DNA of 64,000 nt from Candidatus Peribacteria bacterium. Lineage in GTDB: Bacteria > Patescibacteriota > Gracilibacteria > UBA1369 > UBA12463. Positions 1 to 10,303 of the stretch are shown one piece after another. The translations under genes were made by a program, and so were the position numbers. How positions within the stretch are numbered: the first letter of the stretch is position 1; each line of letters starts with the position of its first letter. The stretch lies in assembly GCA_943354965.1 (NCBI GenBank), contig CALRDN010000002.1, forward strand, positions 38,029 through 102,028, written 5' to 3'. Below the pieces are notes generated by a model. The model ran no database searches. It was given only the letters and a program-made list of their open reading frames with translations, and was not told the DNA's origin.

Positions 1-2
1 CT

Positions 3-1352
3 CCCCTGTCCTCCTATATTATCGGAATCGCTACGGGAAAATATATCCTCGAACATTTTGGAACAAAAGTACTTGTAGGAAGAGATAACCGACTCACGGG
101 AGAATCGCTACAGAAAGCCTTTATTCATGGCCTCGAAGAAGCAGGCTGCGCAGTCACAAATGCCGGACTCTGCACCTCCCCCATGATGTATTGGGGTACA
201 TGCGCGCTACCATTTGATGCGGGTGTAAATATCACCGCAAGCCATAATCCAAAAGAATATAACGGCATCAAGATCGTAGGCAAGGGCGCACACTCAGTCT
301 GCGGCGACGAACTGCAAAAAATTCTCGCAACTTCACAGGAGATTTATGAAGAAAAAGTATCAGCGGCAAGTGCGAAAAACATCTACACCGAGCCATCCAC
401 CACCATAGAAGAAAAACCAATCGCCTCGGAATATATTGAAGATCTCCTTCACCGAGCACAACTTAGCCGCCCACTGAAAATCGTCATCGATGCTGGAAAT
501 GCCACAGCTGGAGCCTTTGCTCCGGAGCTTTTTAGGAAATTTGGCTGCGAAGTAGTAGAGCTCTTCTGCGACCTCGACGGCAATTATCCAAATCACGAAG
601 CCAATCCAGAGGAGGCAAAAAATATGAAAGACCTCGCGCAGAAAGTAATTGAAACCAAATCCGATCTCGGCATAGCGTTCGATGGAGACGGCGACCGTAC
701 GGGAATTGTTGATGAAAAAGGACGTCACCATTCAGCCGATTATCTCCTCCTTCTTCTCGCAAAAGACTTACTCAAGCGCATGCCCGAATCACAAATCGTC
801 TTCGATGTAAAAGTTTCACAACTATTAATTAGCGGCATCAGAGAGGCAAAAGGCATACCTGTTATGAGCAAAACCGGACACTCGTTTATCGAATCAAAAA
901 TGAAAGAACTTCAGGCGCCACTTGGTGGAGAAATATCCGGACACTTCTTTTTCGCAGAAAATTATTACGGATTCGACGACGCTTTCGTCGCAGCGCTGAG
1001 ACTTATTTCTATCTTCTCCCAATCAGACAAACCCGTCTCGCAATACTTCGACGAACTTCCAAAAATGTCTACGACTCCCGAGTTCAAACTCCACTGCCCC
1101 GATGATAAAAAATTTGAAATCGTTCAAAAAATCACCGATCATTTCACGCCTCTCTACCCATGCATCACACTCGATGGTGTACGCGTAAACTTCGACACGA
1201 GCTCATGGGGAGCTATCAGATGCTCTAACACAAGCCCAAATCTCACAGCACGACTCGAAGCCCCAAGCGATGAACGACTCACCGCCATCAAAAATATCTT
1301 CATCGAAGAGCTCAAAAAATATCCGGAAATCGACCTCACCAACATTCAATAG
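3..1352 (+). CDS. Phosphomannomutase/phosphoglucomutase (5' end lies outside the window)
   Basis: Frame is open from position 3 (..VLVGRDNR..). Phosphoserine motif TASHNP, metal loop DGDGDR and sugar-binding GGEISGH are present. Confidence 0.92.
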   Translation, partial: PLSSYIIGIATGKYILEHFGTKVLVGRDNRLTGESLQKAFIHGLEEAGCAVTNAGLCTSPMMYWGTCALPFDAGVNITASHNPKEYNGIKIVGKGAHSVCGDELQKILATSQEIYEEKVSAASAKNIYTEPSTTIEEKPIASEYIEDLLHRAQLSRPLKIVIDAGNATAGAFAPELFRKFGCEVVELFCDLDGNYPNHEANPEEAKNMKDLAQKVIETKSDLGIAFDGDGDRTGIVDEKGRHHSADYLLLLLAKDLLKRMPESQIVFDVKVSQLLISGIREAKGIPVMSKTGHSFIESKMKELQAPLGGEISGHFFFAENYYGFDDAFVAALRLISIFSQSDKPVSQYFDELPKMSTTPEFKLHCPDDKKFEIVQKITDHFTPLYPCITLDGVRVNFDTSSWGAIRCSNTSPNLTARLEAPSDERLTAIKNIFIEELKKYPEIDLTNIQ

Positions 1353-1357
1353 TCCAC

Positions 1358-2971
1358 ATGCAACTTATCAAGACCCATAAATACTGGCGCCTTCTGGAAA
1401 TTCTCCCGGGATTACTCACCTGGACGGCAATTCTTCTCCCCGTCTTTCTTTCAATGTACAAACCCGAACTCGTATCTATCTTCGTCATCGTCTATACCAC
1501 CTTCTGGTTATTTCGATCGTTCAGATTATCAATAGATCTCATTAGAGGCTACAGAAAGACAAAAATCGCTATGGACACCGACTGGAATGAACTCCTGGAT
1601 TACGTAGAAAATCCACAGCATCTCGACACAGCCATCCAAAATCTCTCCACCAGAAGAACCGCAGAAAATCGAAAACTTGAAAACGTCTACCGCAACGTTG
1701 CACAAGAAATGAATCACCTCAAAACCATAAACCAATACAAAAAACCGTCAGAAATTCTGCATGCGATTCTCTTCGTTACCTACAAAGAACCCCTCGCCAT
1801 CGTCAAACAATCCATTAAATCCTACGCCGAAAGTGTCTACTCTTCACAAAACATGATTCTCGTTTTCTCAGGAGAAGAAAGCGATAAAACGAACGCCGAA
1901 CAGTACGCAAAAGAAATCACAAAAGAATTCAGCCACCACTTCAAAAAAATAATTACCACTATTCATCCAAAAGGCCTACCTGGAGAAATTCCCGGAAAAT
2001 CCGCCAATGCCACCTGGGCCGCCAAAACGCTTCTCGCCTATATTGATGCGGAGAAAATCCCCTACGAAAACGTCATCCTCTCCAATTTCGATGCCGATAC
2101 CGTCGTCGACAAACAGTACTTCTCGGAACTCACCTTCCGTTATCTGCTCGAAGAAAACCGAGGTATCAAAACCTACCAACCTACTCACTTCTACCACAAC
2201 AACATCTGGGAGGTCCCTATGGTTATTCGCATGCTCTCACTCTCTTCCACTTTTGTACGACTCGCAGAATCCATGGACACCGCGCACTACAAGAGCTTCT
2301 CTTCCAGATCCATGGGCCTCCAGAGCGCCGTAGATTCCGATTTCTGGGATGTAGGCATTATTCCGGAAGACTCACGCCAGTACTGGACCTCATACACGCG
2401 CTACGACGGTCACAACGAACTCGTACAGGTCTACACACCCATATACATGGATGCCGTTCAATCCGAGACCTTCTGGTCCACCTGCAAGGATCAGTACAAA
2501 CAACTTCGCCGCTGGTCATGGGGTGTCACTGATTTCCCCTTCGTCGTCCTCAATCTCCTAAACAACAAAAACATTCCATTCTTCAAACGTTGGCACGCTA
2601 TTTTTTCTCTCCTTCTTGATCACTTCTACTGGGCCACTACCCCAATTCTTCTCACATTCACCGGCTGGCTCCCACAACTCCTCAACAACGACTACCGCGA
2701 CTCCGTTCTCTCCTACAACGTCCCACGTCTCGCCGCAGGCATGCTCAATATCGCCGCTGTCGGTATTCTCGTCTCTGCCATTATCACTATACAAATTCTT
2801 CCAAAACGCACCGATATCGGCATATGGAAGCGCTGCTCTCTCATCGTTCAATGGATATTTGTCCCTCTCACCAGTATCTTCCTCGTCTCTATCCCCGCCA
2901 TCGAATCCCAAACTCGACTCATCCTCAATAAGCGTCTCGACTATCAAGTCACTCCAAAAGTGCGTACCTAA
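1358..2971 (+). CDS. Membrane-bound family 2-like glycosyltransferase
   Basis: N- and C-terminal TM helices; FDAD (DxD), PED and QLRRW (QxxRW) motifs of processive GT2 enzymes. Confidence 0.8.
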   Translation: MQLIKTHKYWRLLEILPGLLTWTAILLPVFLSMYKPELVSIFVIVYTTFWLFRSFRLSIDLIRGYRKTKIAMDTDWNELLDYVENPQHLDTAIQNLSTRRTAENRKLENVYRNVAQEMNHLKTINQYKKPSEILHAILFVTYKEPLAIVKQSIKSYAESVYSSQNMILVFSGEESDKTNAEQYAKEITKEFSHHFKKIITTIHPKGLPGEIPGKSANATWAAKTLLAYIDAEKIPYENVILSNFDADTVVDKQYFSELTFRYLLEENRGIKTYQPTHFYHNNIWEVPMVIRMLSLSSTFVRLAESMDTAHYKSFSSRSMGLQSAVDSDFWDVGIIPEDSRQYWTSYTRYDGHNELVQVYTPIYMDAVQSETFWSTCKDQYKQLRRWSWGVTDFPFVVLNLLNNKNIPFFKRWHAIFSLLLDHFYWATTPILLTFTGWLPQLLNNDYRDSVLSYNVPRLAAGMLNIAAVGILVSAIITIQILPKRTDIGIWKRCSLIVQWIFVPLTSIFLVSIPAIESQTRLILNKRLDYQVTPKVRT

Positions 2972-2978
2972 ATCCATA

Positions 2979-4733
2979 CTATCTCGTCTGTCTATAAGAA
3001 TTCCCCAAGATGCCTTCAAATCCACCGAGGGTACTTGATGGTGGCTCAAACTGGAGAATAACGCCTTCTGATAAACTAACCGAACCAGTATTTGCCCCGG
3101 AAACTTTCTTGAACTTCTCTGGATCCGGAAGCTTAAGTGCCTTCAAACTCTTAGCCTCATCAACAGAAAGCGGTGGCTTTTTAAGAGCAAAATTTTTCTT
3201 ATTTGGATCGGAAGCAGATTGCTGTGAAAGGTTCACGGTATTATCGTTAGCATTCTTCACCGTGATATCTAAATCTCCTTGCACCGCCTTGAAATAATTA
3301 GCCCAACCGAGTGCCTTCGTCGGATTCAACGGATTTGCAGGCACACTTCTCAGCGCTGACAAATCGGAAGAAACCACATCCGTACCAACTTTGTACGAAC
3401 CTGTATTCCCGGCAACGATCATTCCCTTGATATATAATTGTCCAAACAGCGTATCGGTAGCGCTAATAGCGTAATCCGAGAGAGATTCCGCGATACCTCC
3501 ATCCTTTTTTGCTGGAAGAACCAGTCCATCAGCATACATCTGCACGCGCATTTCACGTACATTAGGATAGACAAGAATATTACCCTTGAGCTTACTGGCT
3601 ATATTACTTCTCAAAGAAATAATACCAAACTGACCTGATGTAGAATATAAATTACCCTCAATATGAACATCACCATCTACGACAATAATAGTTTTATTAC
3701 CCTTCCAATTATTAGCCGTACCATCTAAATGCACACCACCCGTACAATAAAAAACCTCATCAGTAGTAGTAAACTTCGTCAAATAACCACCATTAACACC
3801 ACAACTCGTTGAAGCCACCTTTTTCCATTTCGCAACATTACGATAAATAAGATTACGAACATCTGCCTGCGTCACGGGATTTAATGCCTTTGCACCAGAT
3901 GCATCCACATTAGCACTACCCAGATAACGAATAGTATTCCACGTTACCGGAAAATCATCTCCGGGATTTACCTGACCAGGCTTAAATTTGATTTTCGCAG
4001 GATCAGGCAAAACAGGATCCACAATCTCATCCGGTACAAAATCCTTCTCCCTCAAGCACACATCTGGATCTTTCATCGGATCCAAACAGGCATCAACAAG
4101 CGTAATCCATGGAACCTTGATACTATCCATCGCTATCCATCCAACGGTATCGGACCATGCATAAGTATAGGGAAACCATGTTCGATAATTAGCAGCAGCA
4201 CCAAAATCAACCTTCACCTTGAACGCACTTTGCGCGCAAATATCCACATCATTATAGCCAGGAGTCGCTTTACAGGTCATTCGTATCCATCCCACGGGAC
4301 TCCATGCATATCCGGAAAGATTTCCAAAAATATCGATACTCACTCCATACTTCACAAAACCGCAGGGAATACCACGATTAGGACCACCATCCCCAGGGCA
4401 ATACAAACTAATCCATCCAAGATTATCATTCCAATACCATCCCTTCAGATACACCGTATCAGCAACTTTCTGAGCACAAGCAGCCATGGCAGCTGGCGGC
4501 AAATAAACAGGAAGATTATTCTGACTCGGCATAGCCCCATCGAAATAATTCTGTCCACTATTATCTCTCACATGCTGAAAACCCTTATCATCCTTCACGA
4601 TCGACGTAACTACCGTCGTGTCCCCTCCTAACTTCTGACAATCATCCACGGCGGCATCAGCAACATGAGGGACTCCTCCGATGAGAACAAGAGACAGGAA
4701 GAAAAAGAATAGGTGTTTTTGTATTTGTTTCAC
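2979..4733 (-). CDS. Secreted/surface protein with Trp-rich G-x-x-W...GWI repeats
   Basis: Likely GTG start at 4733, with TATAAT 6 nt upstream, followed by a signal peptide (..VADA). Three repeats: GWYWNDNLGWI, GYAWSPVGWI, TYAWSDTVGWI. Beta-rich C-terminal half. Confidence 0.65.
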   Translation of the reverse strand: MKQIQKHLFFFFLSLVLIGGVPHVADAAVDDCQKLGGDTTVVTSIVKDDKGFQHVRDNSGQNYFDGAMPSQNNLPVYLPPAAMAACAQKVADTVYLKGWYWNDNLGWISLYCPGDGGPNRGIPCGFVKYGVSIDIFGNLSGYAWSPVGWIRMTCKATPGYNDVDICAQSAFKVKVDFGAAANYRTWFPYTYAWSDTVGWIAMDSIKVPWITLVDACLDPMKDPDVCLREKDFVPDEIVDPVLPDPAKIKFKPGQVNPGDDFPVTWNTIRYLGSANVDASGAKALNPVTQADVRNLIYRNVAKWKKVASTSCGVNGGYLTKFTTTDEVFYCTGGVHLDGTANNWKGNKTIIVVDGDVHIEGNLYSTSGQFGIISLRSNIASKLKGNILVYPNVREMRVQMYADGLVLPAKKDGGIAESLSDYAISATDTLFGQLYIKGMIVAGNTGSYKVGTDVVSSDLSALRSVPANPLNPTKALGWANYFKAVQGDLDITVKNANDNTVNLSQQSASDPNKKNFALKKPPLSVDEAKSLKALKLPDPEKFKKVSGANTGSVSLSEGVILQFEPPSSTLGGFEGILGNSYRQTR

Positions 4734-4804
4734 GAAGTTATTATACCATAATAAATAGAATTGAGCAATGGCACTCATAATAAGAAATATAGTACATTCT
4801 AAAG

Positions 4805-5968
4805 CTAGAAATTGCTCCTCTTGAGAGGCAGTGAGCAACATCGGAAGCTTCCCCCATTAATAGGGGCCTGATCAAACTTCAACTCGATAACCTCTATTCC
4901 CGCCTTCCTCATCTCTTCGTTCAGGCGCACAGAACTAGAACGAGAAAGAACTTTCGTAGGAGAAAGAGAAAGAACATTCGTTTCCAAATTTTCCTGCTCC
5001 TCACGATTCACAATGATCCAAATATAATTATTGCGTATCGATTGTGGAATATTTCTCATTGCATCAGGATAAATTAATGCGTATCCCTCGCCAACCGGCA
5101 TAAACGTACAATCAAGATGAAGAGAATCTTCTCCTTCGTATGGCTGCTTGATATAAATCGGTTCAACTTTGAGCCCGCTATCTTTCAGTGCCTCGCACAT
5201 GAAATCAACAGCCTTACCCTCAGTGCGCTGCCCTACGCCAATATATACCACACCCCTATCCACAATTACATCCCCTCCCTCAATAGTCATTCCTTCTGGA
5301 ATATGTATAACATTTTCAGGAGAAAAACCCGCGATGGTGTGTTGGATACCGGCTACTTCCGGCTTGCGTGCTGCCTTCGCCATACCGGAAACAAAAAAAG
5401 TTTTTCCAATAACAAATCCAATATCTCGAGTATAAATCTGCTCCTGTACATCCACGTAATTTGGCATTAAAACATTAACCCCATTCGCCTCGAGAACGCG
5501 CTTAAAATCAACAAATTCAGCCACTGTCTCGTTGGGAGTTGGCATCAATCCATTGTTTAAATTTTTCTCCTGAGTTGCATTAATAATCTCACGATGCCCA
5601 CCAAGCATCATGTTATCCGGAAAACCAATAATAACAGATTCTAGTTTCCCCGTTTCACTGAGACACTCTATATCTGGGACGATATTCTCTGCGTCACTCT
5701 TTGTATCCAGTACAGAATGCACGCGCCGAGCCATCTCCAAACGTATAAATGAAACAGCGTGATTGCGTATGACCTCAACTATATGGGAACGAATAGCACT
5801 CATACCCGGAAAAGAAGAGGGCGAAAGACCCTTGAGAACAGGAGCTGACGCGGGAGTAGCGGAAACATAATGCGATTGTTGATGAGGCCTTTCTCCTGTT
5901 ACAGCGGGAGTGCCCGTTTCTTTTGGAACAAAAGAAACGGAAGAAAAGGTGTCAACGTCATCGCGCAT
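4805..5968 (-). CDS. Amidinotransferase/arginine deiminase (pentein) family enzyme with N-terminal extension
   Basis: IYTRD, IEGGD, HLD and C-terminal GGSFRCCSLP (catalytic Cys) motifs. Confidence 0.85.
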   Translation of the reverse strand: MRDDVDTFSSVSFVPKETGTPAVTGERPHQQSHYVSATPASAPVLKGLSPSSFPGMSAIRSHIVEVIRNHAVSFIRLEMARRVHSVLDTKSDAENIVPDIECLSETGKLESVIIGFPDNMMLGGHREIINATQEKNLNNGLMPTPNETVAEFVDFKRVLEANGVNVLMPNYVDVQEQIYTRDIGFVIGKTFFVSGMAKAARKPEVAGIQHTIAGFSPENVIHIPEGMTIEGGDVIVDRGVVYIGVGQRTEGKAVDFMCEALKDSGLKVEPIYIKQPYEGEDSLHLDCTFMPVGEGYALIYPDAMRNIPQSIRNNYIWIIVNREEQENLETNVLSLSPTKVLSRSSSVRLNEEMRKAGIEVIELKFDQAPINGGSFRCCSLPLKRSNF

Positions 5969-6004
5969 AAGCACTGGTGTTAAAGAATATTTTTTTATAT
6001 ACCG

Positions 6005-6913
6005 TTAGGATCGCGGGAAGTCTCTACCACGCGCTGCAAGAGTTATCGTGGGGACATCAACCTTCAAGCCGAAACTTTCAGCCCACTGCATGAAAGATTC
6101 GATATCAAAAGCCTTGCAACTAAAAATATCAAAAAGGAAAGTACCGGAATCATCGACATGAATAGTAATGTGAGACTCAGCAATAACCGCCATTCCATCC
6201 CTATAGGTTAGACCCTCGGGTGTCGTTGAGCGAATAACTCGAGGTGGCGCAATAGGTGTCATACCAATTGCTTTCGGAATTTTTTCCAAAAAATCATACA
6301 TCCAGTCTAAACTCATTTGATCAGGAGATAACTGTCCACCAAATGTTAAATGTGGACCAAACGCAGATGGAATTTCCGCAGGATCATCAACAGGATTTGT
6401 TCCGCGAAGAAAAATCTCATCCCTTTTTATTTCAAATGTTGAGCGCATAGCTCGTTGAATGGCTTCAGCGGGGTTAGCAATTTCCTTACCAATTACGGCA
6501 AAATCCACAAATACCGTACCTTTTTTATCAAAGGTGTGAACGGTAAAATGCCCCTGAGGATAAACAAAAAGAGCGCTTACGCCACTATCTTCCGGAACAA
6601 GGCCCTTGAAATATGGAATCACATGAAGCGCTTCCTTGCCCCCTATTCCAAGCCCTTTTGCCAATGTATAGCATAAATTATAAACACCCTCTACGTCAGC
6701 CAATTTATTCGGATCTCCTTCATAGCCGTCATACATCACATGTATAATTTCCGCTTTCACCGTTGCAGCAACTCCTACTATCACCATCCGAGCAGCATGC
6801 CATTCAGGAGTATCGACATCATCACCGAGAAATGGCTCAGCAGGAAAACCTTCCTGAGAAGAAGGAGGAGAAATATTTTTATCAAAAATTGCATCAGAGA
6901 TATGAGTAGTCAT
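6005..6913 (-). CDS. Tandem-domain S-adenosylmethionine decarboxylase (SpeD/SpeH)-like pyruvoyl proenzyme
   Basis: C-terminal domain has FGPHL, IAESHITIH (E-S autocleavage site) and DIFSC. N-terminal copy (HVMYDGY..GVSA..PQGHFTVHTF..FVD) lacks the ES site. Confidence 0.8.
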   Translation of the reverse strand: MTTHISDAIFDKNISPPSSQEGFPAEPFLGDDVDTPEWHAARMVIVGVAATVKAEIIHVMYDGYEGDPNKLADVEGVYNLCYTLAKGLGIGGKEALHVIPYFKGLVPEDSGVSALFVYPQGHFTVHTFDKKGTVFVDFAVIGKEIANPAEAIQRAMRSTFEIKRDEIFLRGTNPVDDPAEIPSAFGPHLTFGGQLSPDQMSLDWMYDFLEKIPKAIGMTPIAPPRVIRSTTPEGLTYRDGMAVIAESHITIHVDDSGTFLFDIFSCKAFDIESFMQWAESFGLKVDVPTITLAARGRDFPRS

Positions 6914-7036
6914 AAAAGAACTATACTCACCCTTTAAAAATTACGTCAAATATTTCGACGATAATTCACACTATAATAAATAAAATTGACAGGATAAAAA
7001 TTACCATGATACGTTGGCACCTAATCCAACATACCT

Positions 7037-9013
7037 ATGGAACAAACGAACTATAGTATTACAGACCTACTCGCCTCCGCTGTCGAGACAGCCACCGGCA
7101 AGCGACCTAATATTTTACGTGCCAATATTGCCACGGCGGATTATGGATTTAATGCTTTTCAACTCAGAGAAGGTAATCAACATATCGATTCCGTTATTGC
7201 CGATGCCCGCGCCAGAATCGTCAAAACTCTTCCACAAGGCATAACCGTTTCCTCTGCAGGAACTTTCATAAATTTCAATGTTTCAAATGAACTCCTCTCG
7301 CAAACAGCGGGGAATATAGCAGAAAATCCTAGCGGTGGAATCACACCGGCCCATGACAAAACCATGGTAGAATATTTCTCACCAAATACCAATAAACCGG
7401 CTCACTTAGGCCATCTTCGCAATCTCACTCTAGGAAAAAGTCTCTCCGCAACTCTCGCCTTTCTCGGACATGACGTCCTCCAAGCCAATCTCACAAACGA
7501 CCGCGGAGCACACATTTGCAAGTCCATGCTCGACTACCAAATGTTTGGAGAAGGATCAACCCCGGAGTCGACAGGAATCAAGGGCGACCATTTCGTCGGA
7601 GATTATTATGTAAAATACGAAAAAGCCCTTCAGAAAGAAATTGCTCCAATCGTAGCCGAGCTCAGAAAAAAGCCGGAAAACGCCGCCAAGCTAGCGAGAA
7701 AAGCTGAGTTGGAAAAAGAGCTCAAGCCAATTATAGAAAGAGAGAAAGCGCAACAAGAAGCAGATAAATTAGCAAAAAAAACAACAAAAGACACGAGAGC
7801 TCCGGAAGAAAAAATGAAAATAAAAGAGTTAAAAAAAGAGTTAGAAAAATTAGGAAAAATAGATGAAGAAATAAAAGATGAGGCGAAAAAAGAATCCTCG
7901 CTCGACAAGCAAGTAAGCGCGATGCTCCTGAAATGGGAGGCGGAAGATCCTGAGATACGAGCCCTCTGGGAGCAGATGAACGGATGGGTACTGGGTGGAT
8001 TCCGAGAAACACTCGACAGGATGAACGTCCACTTTGATGTGGAATATTTTGAATCTCAAATATACAACATGGGCAGAGACATCGTCATGGATGGACTTGA
8101 AAAAGGCATTTTCGAGCGTGACCCAAGTGGAGCCGTTATAGCAGATTTACAAAAACTCGGAATTCAAAAAAATGAAGGTAAAAAAGTACTTCTCCGATCA
8201 GACGGAACCACAGTATACACCACGCAGGACCTCGCCATCGCAAAAATGAAAATGGAAGATCATAAACTCAACAACAGTTTCTATGTGGTAGCAGGTGAAC
8301 AAGATGATCACTTCCGTGCACTTTTTGGCATTTTGAAAGCGCTCGGTTATGAATGGGTCGATAAACTCAAACACTTGTCCTATGGCATGGTAGAACTTCC
8401 TGAGGGGCAAATGAAATCACGCGAAGGTACGGTCGTGGATGTTGATGATTTACTCAATGAACTACGCGATAAGGTAAAAGTTATCGCCGCAGGAAAAGGA
8501 AATGAAACCATGAGTGACGAAGACGCCGACAAGATCGGAAAGGCTGCAGCACAATATTATCTCCTCTCAGTACGACCGGAATCAGGTATGAAATTCGACC
8601 CAAAAGAATCCGTAAACTTCGAAGGAAAAACCGGTCCATATATCCTGTATCAATACGTACGAACAGGAAAAATTCTTGAGCAGGCAGATCTCTTGGAAAC
8701 AGCCCAAACAAAAACCCCAGTAGACTTCAACCTTCTTCAGGAGCCAATCGAACACGAGTTACTTCTAAAAATAGTAGAGTTCACCGAAAAAATGCGTGCC
8801 GTTCAGAAAACGATGGATCAAACCCTCATAGCCACCTACGTCTACGAACTCGCACAAACCTTCTCTAACTTCTACTCGAAGTGTCCGGTCCTAAAGGGTG
8901 ACAAAACCCCTCCAGAGCTCTCCCAGGCCCGTCTGAAGCTCGTAGAATACACGCACACACTGATCAAGCAGTCTCTCGACCTCCTCGCAATTGAGACGGT
9001 AGACAAGATGTAG
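7037..9013 (+). CDS. argS: Arginine--tRNA ligase
   Basis: HIGH-type motif PNTNKPAHLGHLRN, LRSDGT, MKSREG, and C-terminal anticodon-binding domain (TGPYILYQYVR..DKM). Confidence 0.95.
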   Translation: MEQTNYSITDLLASAVETATGKRPNILRANIATADYGFNAFQLREGNQHIDSVIADARARIVKTLPQGITVSSAGTFINFNVSNELLSQTAGNIAENPSGGITPAHDKTMVEYFSPNTNKPAHLGHLRNLTLGKSLSATLAFLGHDVLQANLTNDRGAHICKSMLDYQMFGEGSTPESTGIKGDHFVGDYYVKYEKALQKEIAPIVAELRKKPENAAKLARKAELEKELKPIIEREKAQQEADKLAKKTTKDTRAPEEKMKIKELKKELEKLGKIDEEIKDEAKKESSLDKQVSAMLLKWEAEDPEIRALWEQMNGWVLGGFRETLDRMNVHFDVEYFESQIYNMGRDIVMDGLEKGIFERDPSGAVIADLQKLGIQKNEGKKVLLRSDGTTVYTTQDLAIAKMKMEDHKLNNSFYVVAGEQDDHFRALFGILKALGYEWVDKLKHLSYGMVELPEGQMKSREGTVVDVDDLLNELRDKVKVIAAGKGNETMSDEDADKIGKAAAQYYLLSVRPESGMKFDPKESVNFEGKTGPYILYQYVRTGKILEQADLLETAQTKTPVDFNLLQEPIEHELLLKIVEFTEKMRAVQKTMDQTLIATYVYELAQTFSNFYSKCPVLKGDKTPPELSQARLKLVEYTHTLIKQSLDLLAIETVDKM

Positions 9014-9033
9014 GAAAAATATCGGTAAACCAA

Positions 9034-10209
9034 TTATCTACCAACTTCCTCCCCCTCAATCAGCTCACGGTGAAGAGCGACTATTGCAAGTTCATAGTCA
9101 GCCTCTTGAACAACTAGCGTATAGTTACGATCTGCAGAGGTGGTAATTTCCTCAACATTAATGCCGGCTCTATCTAATACACCTGCAATATTCCGAGAAA
9201 GACCGCGCTGCTGTTTCATCCCATTGCCAATGCAGGAAACAAGAGCGACACCAGGTTGAGACATCACCGTTCCAATACGATCGAGACGACTTTCTAACTC
9301 CTCTTTTTGTGGATGATCAGCGTCTATCGTAAATGGAAATGATGATCCACCACCGAATGTAGCAGTAACGGAAATATCCAACTCTTCACAAGCCTTCAAT
9401 ACGAGACTCGCAATACCGCTTGAATGAGCCATGCGCGCAGAACTGACCGTATAGAGAATCTGATTATTTTTTCCACTAATAAATTGAACTCCCTTAGATT
9501 CAATCTGTTCTGAAACACGAGTACCCTTATCTCGAAAATCATAGATACTACGAACCTGGAGCTGAATACCTCGCTGATCCAGACCCATGAGACCGCCGGA
9601 AGTAAAAGCGCGAGGACCATTAAGAGTAGATAACTCTAGCGCCTCACGGAAACTCATTCGTTTCTGGCGTCGAACGTGTTGAAAACCATCACGCATTTCT
9701 GGAGTATACCCCGGCTCAACAATGGAAGGATCGGCAGAAAAAACACCAGGAAGCTCTCCAAAAACCTTAACGCGAATATGATCAGAACTTGCCCCAATAC
9801 GAGTCAATGCTGCCGCCAAAATACCGGCATGAGCATCTATGCCATCAAAACCAAATGTATGACCGTGAATACCGGAAAGACGGCCGAGAACCGGGGTTTT
9901 GGAATCAGACTCTAATAAACTTCGAAGATTCGAATCTCCAATTTGATCGACTGCAAGGTGAAAAGCTTCCTCGCTCGTCATATCACAAACCTCACTGGGA
10001 TCATAACGATCAGATACATTTCTGACATCTACTAACACAAATTCATCCATAAGATCCTTAAGCACATCTGCGGAACTTGCGACAACAACGGGAGTTCGCA
10101 TTCTAGTTTCATGGGTAAGTACCTGCTTCACTCGAGCAGGATGAGCCTTCACCAAATCATCAGATAAAGGAAGAATCGTATAATTAGTAGATGCAATTCG
10201 ATCGTTCAT
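9034..10209 (-). CDS. Divergent aspartokinase-like protein with two C-terminal ACT domains
   Basis: GVFSADP, MSFREALEL and ACT motif VSCIGNGMKQQRGLS..GINV are present; the N-terminal KFGGTS motif is absent. Confidence 0.6.
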   Translation of the reverse strand: MNDRIASTNYTILPLSDDLVKAHPARVKQVLTHETRMRTPVVVASSADVLKDLMDEFVLVDVRNVSDRYDPSEVCDMTSEEAFHLAVDQIGDSNLRSLLESDSKTPVLGRLSGIHGHTFGFDGIDAHAGILAAALTRIGASSDHIRVKVFGELPGVFSADPSIVEPGYTPEMRDGFQHVRRQKRMSFREALELSTLNGPRAFTSGGLMGLDQRGIQLQVRSIYDFRDKGTRVSEQIESKGVQFISGKNNQILYTVSSARMAHSSGIASLVLKACEELDISVTATFGGGSSFPFTIDADHPQKEELESRLDRIGTVMSQPGVALVSCIGNGMKQQRGLSRNIAGVLDRAGINVEEITTSADRNYTLVVQEADYELAIVALHRELIEGEEVGR

Positions 10210-10303
10210 AAAGCTCAAGTAAGAAATAAAAACAGGCCGGCAATATAATACAAATATGACAAACAGTCAATAATTGCTGTATTGGAAGCTGAAATAAAAA
10301 GAC

